A stretch of DNA of 64,000 bases, from positions 1-64,000 of the IMG/VR virus record IMGVR_UViG_3300008459_007659. The stretch is one strand, 5' to 3'. Origin of the DNA: an uncultured virus (IMG/VR IMGVR_UViG_3300008459_007659) (lineage: Duplodnaviria; Heunggongvirae; Uroviricota; Caudoviricetes). The position numbers and the translations under genes are program-made. This document shows, piece after piece, positions 1 to 11,191 of this stretch. Position 1 is the stretch's first letter. The number at the start of each line of letters is the position of its first letter. Under the pieces are notes generated by a model, which ran no database searches, was not told the origin of the DNA, and saw only the letters and a program-made list of their open reading frames with translations.

Positions 1-24
1 TACTAAATCCGTTTTCATAATACG

Positions 25-660
25 TTAAGAATTTAATCCATTACCACCAAGGGTAATCATATTTAATTGTGTCACGGAAGCACCATATCCATCTGTCCAT
101 ACAGGATGAGGTGGAGACACCTGTGTTATTGTACTTCCAGTTGCTCCACAATCACAACAAATTACACATACGGTAGATTCGGTGCTTGCACTTCTTGGTG
201 GAGTATCTTTTGGGACACACTCCCAACAATCCCCAAAAGGTCCTTCATCAGGAATTATATTGGGTTCACCTGGATCTGAAGAATAACCTGTATGTGTTGC
301 ACAAAATGATTCATTAGTTGATTGATTAGAAAATTGGAAGACATCTCCCAAGTTTGGTATATCACCATAAGTAGTACAAAAACCTGATAACTCTATCAAA
401 ATTTTATCACCACCACATATATTAAATTCTAATGAAATTAATTCATCCATTTCTGTTTGGATGCAATCACAACAATCTGTGTATATATGATTACCTCCCG
501 CACCTTCTTGTGTGTCTAATGTTACAGAAATTACTTTTCCACAATATGGACCTATTTCACCAATATAATAATCAATTATATTATTTGGGTAAAGAGTGGT
601 AGTACTACTAATTATAGATTGTTCACCTGAAGTACAACTTATTACAATATAATTTGCCAT
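25..660 (-). CDS. Cys-rich putative virion protein with conserved C-terminal ~57-aa domain
   Basis: CxxC-rich; C-terminus nearly identical to that of 693..2729; TATTTAT motif upstream. Confidence 0.55.
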   Translation of the reverse strand: MANYIVISCTSGEQSIISSTTTLYPNNIIDYYIGEIGPYCGKVISVTLDTQEGAGGNHIYTDCCDCIQTEMDELISLEFNICGGDKILIELSGFCTTYGDIPNLGDVFQFSNQSTNESFCATHTGYSSDPGEPNIIPDEGPFGDCWECVPKDTPPRSASTESTVCVICCDCGATGSTITQVSPPHPVWTDGYGASVTQLNMITLGGNGLNS

Positions 661-866
661 TTTTGTTTTTTATTTATAAATATCACATTATTTTAATTAT
701 TCAACCCATTTCCGCCTAATGTAACCATATTCATTTGAGTTACCTCAGTTCCATATCCATCTGTCCATACAGGATGAGGAGGAGCAACTTGAGTTATTGT
801 ACTTCCTGTTGATCCACAATCACAACAAATAACACAAATTAGTGTTTCTGTATTTGCACTTCTTGG
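25..866. repeat. Direct repeat pair 25-198 / 693-866 (paralogous C-terminal domains)
   Basis: Colinear 174-nt copies with an identical core ccatatccatctgtccatacaggatgagg; many differences are synonymous. Confidence 0.9.
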
Positions 867-2729
867 AAATCTTGTATTATCAAAAGTACATTGAATACAG
901 TTATAATATGTTGAAACAGGAGTTATTGTTGTGTAATTAGGTTCTAATGGACAAGTGTTTAATAAAATATAACATTGTCCATAATTTTGAGTGACGAATA
1001 CTAATTGAGAGTCAAAATAAGTCATTATATTCCATATATCAATTGGGATATTAACAAACTGTTGTCCTCCACCACCACATTTAACAATAGAGGCACCAAT
1101 TAATGTTCCACTATTACAAGATGTGCAATCACTAAATGGTGTTACCGTATTTGAAATATATGATACAATAGCATTATCAGTTACAGGGTTATATGGGGAT
1201 ATTAATTCGTGACATTGAAATTCAGTTGTTCCTCTTACTACCTTCACATAATCTCCTGTTGTGAATGAATTTGAATTTAAAACGACGATATTATTTTGAC
1301 CACTACCACATTCTCTCGTTAACCAAATATAAGAATTATCAGCATTTAATTCACATTCTGAACAACTTTCAAAAACATCAAAACTAAGAACAGGATAGAA
1401 TGAGTCATTAATATCCTGAATACCCGTTATTTCAACACAATCATCAAGTTGTGGAACATAAAATGTTTTACCAATTGGGTTTTGAACGTATTGATAAGAA
1501 AACACAACACCTGTTGTGACTACATCGGTAATTGTTATTATTAAATCTAAACTACCCTCAAATAAATCTTTATTGATAGTTATTGTGTCATCTACAGAAT
1601 ATCTAATCCCATTATTAGATAATGAAACACTAGTGACTACTCCGCTCATAATGTCAACGTAAAAACCTGAACCAACCCCATTACCCGTTGTTGTACCTGT
1701 GAATGGACCATATGTACCATCACCAAGTAAAGAATTTGGTGATGTAAATGAAAAATTATTGATTAATCCTGTGTTAGTACAACTTGAATAAGTATAATAC
1801 AATCCCGTACACTGAATACATTCTTGACAATCAGGTTGTGGGTTATAATCTAAAAATGTTGAAATAGTAACCGCTGATTCTGTTAAATCACCCACTTCAA
1901 AACACCCATCAGATGTAGAGAGATTTGATACTTCATTTCCTTCATAAAATACAGAACCCCATACAACTTCATCTTCTTGTGTTAAACAATTTGTTATAAT
2001 TCTTTTTTCATTACTAATTGCTAAACACTCATCACAACTTACTTCCTCGTTTGTACCTAAAATAGAAATTAATGTCCCTGTAGTTTCAGTGGTTTGAATA
2101 CTATCAACAGTACCACATTGTATATCACCAAAACTATCAATAAAGGTTACAATATAATTAGTGTAATCAAAACCAGAAGGAAATTCAATGTAATAAGATG
2201 TAAAGGGATCTAAACAGGTATTGACTTGATATGTTGCAAAATTATTTATTAAACATTCAGTGCAACCCGTATACGAATCACTTATTGATGTCAAAGAATA
2301 AATAAAATCTCCGTCTCTTGGTGTAACAAAACAACTAATAGTTACACAACCTAACGATTTAATCTCCCCTTCTATTGAAACTGACAAATAATAAATGTCA
2401 CCTATTGTTGGTAATGTTGTAAAAGTATTGATATCAATAAAATATGTTTCACCTCTTACACAATCCACAACACTTACCGCAGTGGTAATTCCACTTAAAC
2501 ATTCTTCACAAGATGTATATGATTCATCAAGTGTTGCGGTTACTTGAGATGTTGTATCTTTTATTATTAATACTCTATAACAATCGGTAGTTCTTGGTTC
2601 AGTTAAAACCGTAAATAAATAGGTATTTCCTGTTGTTATTGTACTAATTGGATCGTCAACTATAATATTTGTTGGTCTAGCGTCACCAACACAACATTTT
2701 ATAACGGTTAAATCTTTAAGAGCTGCCAT
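693..2729 (-). CDS. Cys-rich repeat putative virion/decoration protein
   Basis: Repeated [YF]xxCxxC units; one inserted beta-rich module; C-terminal domain shared with 25..660. Confidence 0.55.
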   Translation of the reverse strand: MAALKDLTVIKCCVGDARPTNIIVDDPISTITTGNTYLFTVLTEPRTTDCYRVLIIKDTTSQVTATLDESYTSCEECLSGITTAVSVVDCVRGETYFIDINTFTTLPTIGDIYYLSVSIEGEIKSLGCVTISCFVTPRDGDFIYSLTSISDSYTGCTECLINNFATYQVNTCLDPFTSYYIEFPSGFDYTNYIVTFIDSFGDIQCGTVDSIQTTETTGTLISILGTNEEVSCDECLAISNEKRIITNCLTQEDEVVWGSVFYEGNEVSNLSTSDGCFEVGDLTESAVTISTFLDYNPQPDCQECIQCTGLYYTYSSCTNTGLINNFSFTSPNSLLGDGTYGPFTGTTTGNGVGSGFYVDIMSGVVTSVSLSNNGIRYSVDDTITINKDLFEGSLDLIITITDVVTTGVVFSYQYVQNPIGKTFYVPQLDDCVEITGIQDINDSFYPVLSFDVFESCSECELNADNSYIWLTRECGSGQNNIVVLNSNSFTTGDYVKVVRGTTEFQCHELISPYNPVTDNAIVSYISNTVTPFSDCTSCNSGTLIGASIVKCGGGGQQFVNIPIDIWNIMTYFDSQLVFVTQNYGQCYILLNTCPLEPNYTTITPVSTYYNCIQCTFDNTRFPRSANTETLICVICCDCGSTGSTITQVAPPHPVWTDGYGTEVTQMNMVTLGGNGLNN

Positions 2730-2731
2730 AA

Positions 2732-4201
2732 TTATTTCTTATTTACTATTTGAAACTTTATTTCTTTTTTATATGTATTAACTTCACCTGACGATAATAC
2801 TTTAATATCAATAAAGTATTCATTAGGAATTTTGTCCCTCGTATCAAAAAGAAAATAATATTCATTTGGTGTTCTATTAATTTTAGTCCAATCTTGAACC
2901 CTAACTTCTGTTGATCCTTCCTTAACATATATTCTGTAGTAAGCATCAACATTTGGTTGTAGTTGATTAGTTGTATATGCCTTTTTAATAACAACACCAA
3001 CTTTTCTTACATCGGTATTAAGTATTTTTTCATCTTGTTTTATACCATAATAATCAAAACCATATATTGTTGGTTGTTGAGATTCCGTCCCAATCTGAAT
3101 AGATTTTTTTAGTGGATAAACATTAAATTCATTTACAACATTAGGAAGAGTAAAACCATTCAATACTATATTGGACCAAGTATCCGTAAATGTACAAGGA
3201 ACCTGATAACCACCAGGAGGTAAAGGAGGTATTACTACCTCGTAAACTCCTTTAGCTCTTCTACAGGTTTGTAAATTAGTTAACCCAACAATAGGGTTAC
3301 CATTACCGTCACCAATACTAACTGATGGGTTATTATCTAAATTTTGAAAATCTCCGTCTTCATAGATATACAAATATAATTTATTAGATTTTCCTAAAGA
3401 AAAACTATTTCTATCATCATCAATAATATCATTAAATGATGTTTCTAAAAATGGTTCGTAAAAGGTTTGAGTATGTCTTGTAAAGAAACCAACTTCGTAG
3501 GTACCAGTTGTCCCTGATAAAAGTTCCACCTGAGGCATATATGCAATCCCCCAACCCGCAACATTTGTTAAAAATCCCTGAAGTATGTCGTTTATTTCAG
3601 ATGTCATATTAAATTCAATATTCTCATCACCAAATTCAAAATGTTGGGTGTCAACAATATATAAATCATTAAAGGTAAAAACCCCTGAATTTGTATTACT
3701 ATATATTCCCGCTTGCTCCCAATTAGTCATTCCTGATGATGTGTACCAATTTGACGATCTTGTAGAATAATTTTTATCATTAGGTACTTGAGTCATTAAG
3801 TCCGCAAAATCATAACCAACACCTTCATCCCAATATTGTGGTTGATCAGGATCTAAATCTCTGTACGGTATTCTAAATAAAATTAAATCAAATGATGTTG
3901 CTCTTAATCTACCGCTTGATGTTGATGTGTTAAGTAACTCTTTATCAAAAAAAGATGTATTTGTCATCCTTAAAGTGTGAACCATATTAGGATTACAATT
4001 TATTGGAGGTATTGTCCCATCTGAATATTTTTCTTTTAATAGATTTAAATCTAAATTAAAAATAAATCTACTAAAACCTATTGGATCTACAATACTACCA
4101 TTACCATAAAATAATTCCATTACAGGATTTCTTCCGGTATTTGTTATACTACCTGATATTAATGTATTGTTTCTACTGAAATACGAATTGTTAATTGACA
4201 T
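2732..4201 (-). CDS. Putative virion structural protein
   Basis: 489 aa, beta-rich, lies among structural genes, TATTTAT upstream. Confidence 0.5.
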   Translation of the reverse strand: MSINNSYFSRNNTLISGSITNTGRNPVMELFYGNGSIVDPIGFSRFIFNLDLNLLKEKYSDGTIPPINCNPNMVHTLRMTNTSFFDKELLNTSTSSGRLRATSFDLILFRIPYRDLDPDQPQYWDEGVGYDFADLMTQVPNDKNYSTRSSNWYTSSGMTNWEQAGIYSNTNSGVFTFNDLYIVDTQHFEFGDENIEFNMTSEINDILQGFLTNVAGWGIAYMPQVELLSGTTGTYEVGFFTRHTQTFYEPFLETSFNDIIDDDRNSFSLGKSNKLYLYIYEDGDFQNLDNNPSVSIGDGNGNPIVGLTNLQTCRRAKGVYEVVIPPLPPGGYQVPCTFTDTWSNIVLNGFTLPNVVNEFNVYPLKKSIQIGTESQQPTIYGFDYYGIKQDEKILNTDVRKVGVVIKKAYTTNQLQPNVDAYYRIYVKEGSTEVRVQDWTKINRTPNEYYFLFDTRDKIPNEYFIDIKVLSSGEVNTYKKEIKFQIVNKK

Positions 4202-4222
4202 TTATACTTTTTAATATAAATA

Positions 4223-5773
4223 TCAATTAATCCTAATATTTTTGTTTAAAATGATATTATCTGCAGTTGCTAGTTTTTGGAGTATTTCACTTGCTAAAGT
4301 ACCGTCACTTGCGGTTGGTACTGGAGGTACTCCAGGAAATGGATGAACATGAAATAAAACGAATCTTGTTAATAGGGTTAAGAAACTTATTAACTCTTCA
4401 CCTCTAACCATTGAATTAGTGTTATCGTATATTTGATTCGCTAACATTGGTTGTGGGATTCCATATAATGTATCTTTTAAATTAATTGCAAATTTATCTG
4501 TTGATCTATGTGTTAACAAATATAACTTATCACCTCCCATAACTGAATAAGTAATAGGGTTTGAAATATAATCTCTTTTATTAACTTCTTCTCTAACAAT
4601 GTTTTTTAAGATACCTAATTTTGGTGGTGTTTTTTGCCATACCAAACCAGAACCTCTTTCTGTATAACCCTTACTTAAAGTTATTTTATTATATAATAAT
4701 TTAACTTTTAGACAATGTTGGAAATCGTTTATTACATCACTGATATCATTAAAATATTGGTATGTTTGGTAACTAGGTCCATAAAAAAATGGGAATTGAT
4801 CGGATATAGATTCTCCGTCACCCGCAGGATAATTAATGTACCCATCAACTTGTATTTTACCTTCATTAACTCCATTAATAAAGTCGTTAACAATTTCGGC
4901 AGCATCATTTAAAGACTTACCCGTAAACGTTAAAGTATATAATGGTTTTATTGTTGTACCATCCAATATATCAACTGACTCGTTTATTTGAGAAACTTTT
5001 GTGTTTTCATTGTCTTTTGGTAATGAATATAATTTGACTTTACCGTTATATGTTAGTGCGGTTGGAGATAAGTTATCTAACGACCATTCAACATAATATT
5101 TAGTTTGGATGTCCTCATATGTCTCCCTTTCAACAACATCAGTACCCGCCTCAACATTTTCTAACTGATAACTTGACAATTGTAAGAAAGATCTTCCATC
5201 GTTTTTTACCACAGGTATATTATCATTACCTGAAGGTAGGTATTTACCTGATCTTAATAATGCACTTGATGAACCATCATTAGGGTTCTCAACCATAACT
5301 AAATCACTACTACCCCTACCTAAAAATGCATTATCACCAGGTTTTGGGAAAACTCCCTCAAGAGTCACCCTAACTTTACCTGTTTGAGCATCAATAATTG
5401 ATTCGGACTGTTTTAATTTTTCACCACTTGCTAATACGGACTGAGAGTTGTTGTAGTTTTCAAATTTAGTATTCCAAGGTCGTGATAATGGTCCTTGAAT
5501 ATAAAATTTATTACCATCATACCTTTCTTCGTTATTGGCATATATGATATTAACATATTCACCAACTTTTGGTATTTGGGAAATATACATAGGTAATAAA
5601 GGTAAAAAAACCAACGGATCCTTTATCGTCCACTTATCAATATTAGGATTCCAATCTACAGGATAAATGTATTTAATTAATTCAATTTTAGGTTCAACAC
5701 GAATTCGACCAATCCCTTTAGGATCGTCAATATCTTTAACCTCACCATAAAATATATTTTTATTACTTAGCAT
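4223..5773 (-). CDS. Baseplate central spike (gp5/VgrG-like)
   Basis: N-terminal GEVKDIDDPKGIGRIRV resembles the gp5/VgrG OB-fold; C-terminal HVH resembles the HxH iron-binding spike tip. Confidence 0.7.
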   Translation of the reverse strand: MLSNKNIFYGEVKDIDDPKGIGRIRVEPKIELIKYIYPVDWNPNIDKWTIKDPLVFLPLLPMYISQIPKVGEYVNIIYANNEERYDGNKFYIQGPLSRPWNTKFENYNNSQSVLASGEKLKQSESIIDAQTGKVRVTLEGVFPKPGDNAFLGRGSSDLVMVENPNDGSSSALLRSGKYLPSGNDNIPVVKNDGRSFLQLSSYQLENVEAGTDVVERETYEDIQTKYYVEWSLDNLSPTALTYNGKVKLYSLPKDNENTKVSQINESVDILDGTTIKPLYTLTFTGKSLNDAAEIVNDFINGVNEGKIQVDGYINYPAGDGESISDQFPFFYGPSYQTYQYFNDISDVINDFQHCLKVKLLYNKITLSKGYTERGSGLVWQKTPPKLGILKNIVREEVNKRDYISNPITYSVMGGDKLYLLTHRSTDKFAINLKDTLYGIPQPMLANQIYDNTNSMVRGEELISFLTLLTRFVLFHVHPFPGVPPVPTASDGTLASEILQKLATADNIILNKNIRIN

Positions 5774-5975
5774 TTCTTGATTGGTATTCTTTTAATAAAG
5801 TATTATAACTTAATTCTAATTTATCTAAATGATTTGTCAACTTTATTACAGTATCTTTAGTTAACTCAAAATCTTTCTGAATAAAATCCATTGCCAATTT
5901 TAAATCTTGGTTAGTACTACTTTTGTATTCTTTTATTATCTCAACAATTTTAGTTGATTCTATTTTATTTTCCAT
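5763..5975 (-). CDS. Small coiled-coil hypothetical protein
   Basis: 70-aa ORF overlapping the spike gene start. Confidence 0.6.
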   Translation of the reverse strand: MENKIESTKIVEIIKEYKSSTNQDLKLAMDFIQKDFELTKDTVIKLTNHLDKLELSYNTLLKEYQSRNAK

Positions 5976-5979
5976 AATA

Positions 5980-7902
5980 TTAAACTATTACTCCATACGC
6001 CGAGTTAGGTATTGTTTGGAATGCCGGTGTCACACTTAGTGCGGGTATACCAATATCTGCTCTACCGTTTTCGTTAAACTCATCATCAATACCATTTATT
6101 ATTCCTTTAACTGCCGCTAACATTAGATTCGGACTACCATCTGGCATAGGTCCTGTTGGTAATCCTAATTCCTCAAACTCAGTTATCACTCTTAAAAATG
6201 CGCTTGTTTTTGAAAATCCTTTTCTCATTTTAGATGCCAATAAAAGTGGTAACGGTAATGAATTAGTTTGGGTTTGTATATTAGATAATAATCCCAATAA
6301 TTGATTAATTATTGATTTACATTCTCTTAAATCTTTAATTATGTTTGCAATTTGTACTAATATTGCAGTTAAAGACAAAATCATATCTGTGTATTTTTTT
6401 GTTTTTTCTTTTGCAATGTTTTGGATTATTCCTCTAATTAAATTCTTTATATCTTTTTTAACTATATCAAAAATTATTTTAACAAAAAGTACTGTGACTC
6501 TAGAAACAAACTCAACAAAAAAGGTTCTTAATTTTTTTGCAAAATCCATATATGAATTAATTTCATCAACAAATGTTTTACCTAACGATTTCGCTATAAC
6601 CATTATTGGTAAAACAATCTTTGGTGATAGTATTGCCATAACAATTGCTTTAGGGAATTCTTTTAAAAAACTCAAATCAATGTTAATTTTAAATGGAAAA
6701 AATTTATCAGTAACTACATTTGTTAAATCCGCTGCCGCATTTATTTGATTGTTATTATTACTACCCTCAATATAATTTAATGTGGCAATTGCGTCTATAA
6801 TTGACTCTGGATCCACAGGTAATTTAACTGTTTCACATTCCTCAAACTCAACAACACCATTTTTTATATCAGAAACTTTTTGATCAATAATTCGTAAATC
6901 TATTTCACTAAATTCAAAAAACCCATCATCAATGTTATCAAATTGAGAAACTTTTGATGCTCCCGTGACATCAATCTCCTTGTTTGAATCAAAACATAAT
7001 CCTAATATTCTTTTAAGAATTAATAATACTTTATTTAAGTCTATTAATTGGAAATCTCCGTCACCTTTTTTAATTGATAATGCACCAACCAATTGATTCA
7101 TTAATTGAGCAAAAATATTTTTAAAATCAACAATATTAACTGTCTTATAGTAGTCTTCAATAAACTCAGTTACTTTATTACTTTGTCTTGGTTTTAAATC
7201 TACTTTATAAAAATTACCAACAACAGTTTGTTGTTGGTTATTAACATATGACTCAACATAAGTAATATCAAATAAATTTTGTGTTGATTTACCAAGGTAG
7301 TCATTACCAGCAGGTACGGAATATGGTTGGTTAATATTTTGTATTCTATTATATAACTCCTTATTCATTGAAAATGGGAAACTATTATATACTGGGTTAG
7401 TTCTTTCGTATATAATTTTACCGACAGGGCTTGTGGGATCTTCCTTTAAGGTGTCCATTAAATCTATTGATTTAACTTTAATATAAACCGATGAGTTTGG
7501 CGCATATTCCTGATCTTCTGAACACCCAATTGCCTTAACGGATAATTCGTTTAAGATACCTTCTAATTTAGGTTGTATTTCTTTTATTGCCGTAACAAAT
7601 ATTTTTTTTAAATACTTAACAGTTTTAGTGTCACCACTTTTTTCACCACTATTTGACAATATTTTTGTTAAATCTAATAATTGATCTAATTGATTTTTTT
7701 TGTCTCTAATAGTGTTTTCAAACTTATCAACTTTCTTTTTCGCACTTGATAATTGTTCAGATACTTCTTTTTTATAAATTTCTAAAGATTCTCCTTTTTT
7801 CTTTTTTAAGTCTTGAATATCTTTATCTACCTGTTGATATTTTTGGGTTGCGGAAATCTTTTTTTGTACAGTTTTATAACCATCACTAATATCTAAAGCC
7901 AT
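5980..7902 (-). CDS. Hypothetical protein, probably virion-associated
   Basis: 640 aa, helical; in the same run as the spike gene. Confidence 0.5.
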   Translation of the reverse strand: MALDISDGYKTVQKKISATQKYQQVDKDIQDLKKKKGESLEIYKKEVSEQLSSAKKKVDKFENTIRDKKNQLDQLLDLTKILSNSGEKSGDTKTVKYLKKIFVTAIKEIQPKLEGILNELSVKAIGCSEDQEYAPNSSVYIKVKSIDLMDTLKEDPTSPVGKIIYERTNPVYNSFPFSMNKELYNRIQNINQPYSVPAGNDYLGKSTQNLFDITYVESYVNNQQQTVVGNFYKVDLKPRQSNKVTEFIEDYYKTVNIVDFKNIFAQLMNQLVGALSIKKGDGDFQLIDLNKVLLILKRILGLCFDSNKEIDVTGASKVSQFDNIDDGFFEFSEIDLRIIDQKVSDIKNGVVEFEECETVKLPVDPESIIDAIATLNYIEGSNNNNQINAAADLTNVVTDKFFPFKINIDLSFLKEFPKAIVMAILSPKIVLPIMVIAKSLGKTFVDEINSYMDFAKKLRTFFVEFVSRVTVLFVKIIFDIVKKDIKNLIRGIIQNIAKEKTKKYTDMILSLTAILVQIANIIKDLRECKSIINQLLGLLSNIQTQTNSLPLPLLLASKMRKGFSKTSAFLRVITEFEELGLPTGPMPDGSPNLMLAAVKGIINGIDDEFNENGRADIGIPALSVTPAFQTIPNSAYGVIV

Positions 7903-7903
7903 A

Positions 7904-8272
7904 TTATTTTAATTTATAATTTTTATCGTCAGATATGTCTTTCTCAATTAAATTTTTGATTATATCGTCATCTAAATCAATATCAGATAAAGTAAAGTCG
8001 TCTTGTTTTTCTGTTGATTTTTGCCACATTTGAGACTGTAGTTTTGAAAGAGTTAACTTTTTCTCAACACAGTCATTTATAATTTTTTGTTGTTTTTCAA
8101 TGACAGGACCAATAAGTTGCATATCTTCAGGTTCCTTCATCATTGTTAACATCTTATTTTGAATTCTTATTGCGGTATTCCTTTGCTCAACAAGTTCGTT
8201 ATATATCTCTTGCATTAGAGATAACATTGATTCTTTTGTTAAATTGATTTGTTTTTTTTGAGGTCTTGCCAT
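7904..8272 (-). CDS. Hypothetical helical protein
   Basis: 122-aa ORF; TATTTAT 4 nt upstream of ATG. Confidence 0.6.
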   Translation of the reverse strand: MARPQKKQINLTKESMLSLMQEIYNELVEQRNTAIRIQNKMLTMMKEPEDMQLIGPVIEKQQKIINDCVEKKLTLSKLQSQMWQKSTEKQDDFTLSDIDLDDDIIKNLIEKDISDDKNYKLK

Positions 8273-8292
8273 AACAATAAATACTTAAATTT

Positions 8293-9039
8293 TTATTTTA
8301 ACATTTCTTGAATTAATTGAAAATAGATTTTGCGGTATCTTTTAATTGATGATCTAATTTCTTTAGTTGTCAAATTTGTCATCTCCCTCAATTCAAATAA
8401 GATAACATTTTTATTAAATTTATTGTTTGATGTATCAAGAAATATGTCATTATAATTTTCAAACATATCGTATAACGCTTGTCCTAATTTTAATTCTTGT
8501 TCGGACATTTGTTTATCAGATAAAGTATCTAATAATTTATCTAAAAATTTTTTAATAATATCTTCAGTGGTTATACTATAATCATCAATATGATATATCA
8601 TATCTGGACTATGTTGTAAATCAGATGAAATATCTTCGTAAGAAATTTTTCTATTCATTTCTTTTTGGTCTTTCATGATTTGTCCCATCAAGTAATTTTT
8701 ACATATGGTACCAAAATATGAATACGCCTTTTTTTCTTTTGATGGTTTAAATTTATCAATTTTAGTCATCAAAAATGAATGAGTATCTATATGGACTTCC
8801 TCAAAGTTCATATCTTTTCTGTACAATTTATATCTTCTAATGATTGAAGATATCATCTTGTCTAAAGGAAGTTTTAAAAACTCATTATATATTTTATTTT
8901 TTTCTTCGAAAGTGTCTGCGGTTAGATACATTCTAACCGCATTTTCCTCTCTTTCGTCAAAATAATTATTAAGTTTTGGTTTTCTACCTTTCTTTTTTAC
9001 TTCATCTAATGTGTTTGAATTTTTTTCATTATCATTCAT
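8293..9039 (-). CDS. Phage RNA polymerase sigma factor (T4 gp55-like, late)
   Basis: KFKPSKEKKAYSYFGTICKNYL resembles the sigma region 2.3-2.4 motif of gp55-type factors; HTH-like C-terminus. Confidence 0.65.
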   Translation of the reverse strand: MNDNEKNSNTLDEVKKKGRKPKLNNYFDEREENAVRMYLTADTFEEKNKIYNEFLKLPLDKMISSIIRRYKLYRKDMNFEEVHIDTHSFLMTKIDKFKPSKEKKAYSYFGTICKNYLMGQIMKDQKEMNRKISYEDISSDLQHSPDMIYHIDDYSITTEDIIKKFLDKLLDTLSDKQMSEQELKLGQALYDMFENYNDIFLDTSNNKFNKNVILFELREMTNLTTKEIRSSIKRYRKIYFQLIQEMLK

Positions 9040-9842
9040 TAAACTTCTTGGGGTTCGTATTTTATTTCCCTCTGATTGATGTACATATACTCTTTCTTCG
9101 CGGAGTCAATCCAAAATCTAACCTCATCTTCGGTTAATCTATCATCACCGTTTTTATAATTCCAAAAAATAGATCCTTCTCTTAAGTTTGTATGTTTATA
9201 ACCAATTCTTGGAATTGACATAAATCTTACTGAGTTATGTGTCATTCTTAAAAGAAACTCATAACCAAAAGTTAATTTAAATGTTGTTTTTAACATTCCA
9301 TAATCAACAAACGATTCTTTTTTAATAGCCAATCCTGATAATTGGAAGTTTTGATATGACAACAATGTTTCGTTAGTTAAAATACCCATCTCACTTGAGA
9401 AGTTTGCCGCAAATGTTGCCTCATTAGTAAACCCAACAAATACTCCTTTTTCATCAACATCAACCACGATAGGTAAAAATGCGTCAACATTAGGATAAAT
9501 GTTTGCATACTCTTTAAAGTTTTTAACCCATATATTTGAGAATTCATCATCAAACTCAAATATTGTTACCCATTTAGATGTTGCCACCTTAACCCCATGA
9601 TTAACCTGAGAACAAAAATTAGGTTCTTTAGTCCACTCCTCAAATTTAACATTTAAATCCCCAAAATCGTATGACTTCAAATGATCACTTAAAAATGTAT
9701 CATTAGTGTGTACAATAACAATCTCATCAAATTGTTCTTTTTGTAATTTTAATGAAGTAATTGCCTTATCAAGGTACTCCTCAAAAAATCCTGTTTTACC
9801 TGTTCTAATCGGTAATATAACCGAAATTGTATTCTTTTCCAT
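9039..9842 (-). CDS. GT2-like glycosyltransferase
   Basis: ISVILPI N-terminus, FDDE acidic motif; ATG at 9842 chosen because it directly follows the upstream stop. Confidence 0.7.
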   Translation of the reverse strand: MEKNTISVILPIRTGKTGFFEEYLDKAITSLKLQKEQFDEIVIVHTNDTFLSDHLKSYDFGDLNVKFEEWTKEPNFCSQVNHGVKVATSKWVTIFEFDDEFSNIWVKNFKEYANIYPNVDAFLPIVVDVDEKGVFVGFTNEATFAANFSSEMGILTNETLLSYQNFQLSGLAIKKESFVDYGMLKTTFKLTFGYEFLLRMTHNSVRFMSIPRIGYKHTNLREGSIFWNYKNGDDRLTEDEVRFWIDSAKKEYMYINQREIKYEPQEV

Positions 9843-9843
9843 A

Positions 9844-10902
9844 TTATTCAATTGTTTCAAATTTAGATAGTTGATCTTCAAACGATTCCAACCTTGTGTT
9901 TATCATACTTTCAAATAGATTGTTTACATCAGATTCAAATTTTGTTTTATCTGAAAATTCCGATATTGTTTTATCCATTTCTTCAAAAATAATTGGATTA
10001 ATATTATCCTCTAACCAATTTTGAATAAAGTCGGCAACAACATCAACAAACATATTTTGATTGTTAATCCAAATTCCATTATTTTCATTCATCCATTCTG
10101 GTTGAAGGTTAGGTACTAATCCGACTACAGGGATTCCCATTTTAAATGATTCAAGAGGGAAAGTTCCAAATCCACTCGTAGGGTCAATCCATACTGAACA
10201 AAAACTTTCTTTCATAGCATTTGCAAATTCAATTTCTGACAATCCTCTCATATCTCTAAATGTAATCCATCTGTATTGTGGAAATTTAGCGTAGAATGCT
10301 TTAATCATATTTACAGTATCTCTTTGATCTCTTGAGTGAACTGAAATAATTGTTTTTGGTGGAAATTTTTGTTTCTCAAATGATTCAGTAATAAATGGAT
10401 TAACAACATCAATTGACACACCTCTCATCATTGACTCAATCATTTCTTTTTGTCTGTCTGAAGTTGTAATACATTTATAAAAACCTAATTTTGTCCATGT
10501 ATCCCCTGGATTTAAAGTTTCAAAAACATGATCATATGCCTGACAAATAACCACTTTACCACAAGGTAAATTTGTAATTTGATCCATAACAAACCCATAT
10601 ATTTCAGGTACAACAATAATATCTTCAGGAGATACCGCCAAATTAGTACCCTCAATTGCGTTATGAGGTAATTCCATATATTCCTCACCTAACCAACTTG
10701 ATACTCCGAAATATTCAGGTTTTTCATGTAAGATTATAGAATTGAATCCATTGTTTTTAAGAGCCATCGCCATTTGATAAATGTATCTAACTGACGCTCT
10801 AGCATTACCTTTTGTGTCTTGTACCAAAAAATAAATTCGGGACGACTTGTCCTTCATGTTTTGGATTGACTTTTCAAGTTTTGATATTTGTTCTTGGTTC
10901 AT
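9844..10902 (-). CDS. GT-B (GT4-like) glycosyltransferase
   Basis: C-terminal SGFGTFPLESFKMGIPVVG resembles the GT4 EGFGxxxxEA motif, partly degenerate. Confidence 0.65.
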   Translation of the reverse strand: MNQEQISKLEKSIQNMKDKSSRIYFLVQDTKGNARASVRYIYQMAMALKNNGFNSIILHEKPEYFGVSSWLGEEYMELPHNAIEGTNLAVSPEDIIVVPEIYGFVMDQITNLPCGKVVICQAYDHVFETLNPGDTWTKLGFYKCITTSDRQKEMIESMMRGVSIDVVNPFITESFEKQKFPPKTIISVHSRDQRDTVNMIKAFYAKFPQYRWITFRDMRGLSEIEFANAMKESFCSVWIDPTSGFGTFPLESFKMGIPVVGLVPNLQPEWMNENNGIWINNQNMFVDVVADFIQNWLEDNINPIIFEEMDKTISEFSDKTKFESDVNNLFESMINTRLESFEDQLSKFETIE

Positions 10903-10906
10903 AATA

Positions 10907-11188
10907 TTAAAATTTATTTATTATTTTTTTTGTTAATAGTGTATTAAATGCGAATCTAAAAGGGACTGATGTTTCGTTTGAACTTAATGCCATTTTTTCA
11001 TCAATTTCATCATGAGGATCCATTAAAATTTCCAACATATATTTAATCATTTCATATTTAACAATATGTACTTTTGTTTGATTGTCAACATCTTCAGTTT
11101 CATCTGATTTTTTTTCATCATCAATTCTAGTGAATTCATCAATTGCATCTAAATCAATGTAATAGTGCTCTCCAAAAATCTTAAACAT
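10907..11188 (-). CDS. Hypothetical protein
   Basis: 93-aa ORF tightly packed in the operon. Confidence 0.6.
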   Translation of the reverse strand: MFKIFGEHYYIDLDAIDEFTRIDDEKKSDETEDVDNQTKVHIVKYEMIKYMLEILMDPHDEIDEKMALSSNETSVPFRFAFNTLLTKKIINKF

Positions 11189-11191
11189 AAT

